Positions 63,803 through 64,000 of a DNA stretch of 64,000 nucleotides are shown here, piece after piece. Location of the stretch: the NCBI GenBank assembly GCA_002633005.1, contig NMRA01001035.1:2423-66422 (forward strand), read 5' to 3'. The stretch is from Phoronis australis. Taxonomy: Eukaryota > Animalia > Phoronida. How positions within the stretch are numbered: position 1 is the stretch's first letter; every line of letters starts with the position of its first letter. Both the position numbers and the translations under genes were made by a program. The notes under the pieces are model-generated. The model worked only from the letters and a program-made list of their open reading frames with translations. It was not told the DNA's origin and did no database searches.

Positions 63803-63964
63803 CAATAGCGAATTAAGAGGGGGGCCAAGACAGAGGGCTACACCCCACCCTAAAATTCCCCCAGATTCCATTTGACAGATCGGGAGTGCCAATGTCTGAA
63901 TGACAAAATCCTAGCTAATACTCTTCTCTGGTTCCCCTAACACAAAATCCTGGATCTGCCCCTG
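63803..63964. mobile_element. MITE, same family as 4634-4783
   Basis: Shared internal cccagattccattt..caaaatcct.gctaatactct..aaaatcctggatc.gcccctg. Confidence 0.7.
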
Positions 63965-64000
63965 GATATACATATCATTGAAATCGGTTCAGTAATGGCC

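Overview
AT-rich eukaryotic DNA, most likely from an invertebrate animal, with GT-AG introns, dense transposon debris and two assembly gaps. Host genes are two intronless tandem SLC15/POT peptide-transporter paralogues (1016-2581 and 18743-20311, +), an 8-coding-exon mitochondrial ribosomal protein gene MRPL37 (29447->22345, -, 419 aa) and the probable first coding exon of another gene (61811-61876, +). The 30-61 kb interval, possibly one giant 5'UTR intron of MRPL37, is packed with decayed elements: hAT-like, SAP-SWIM, Sola-like, piggyBac, MULE-like, a spliced Ulp1-PHD gene and Gypsy pieces. The main find is a 5'-truncated Ty3/Gypsy LTR retrotransposon (about 55691-61033). Its integrase ends in a PHD finger, and in the env position between pol and the polypurine tract/3' LTR it carries an RS-rich/Zn-finger/TatD-nuclease ORF that retains all TatD metal-binding motifs. 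All calls come from motif recognition by eye; no database search was run.
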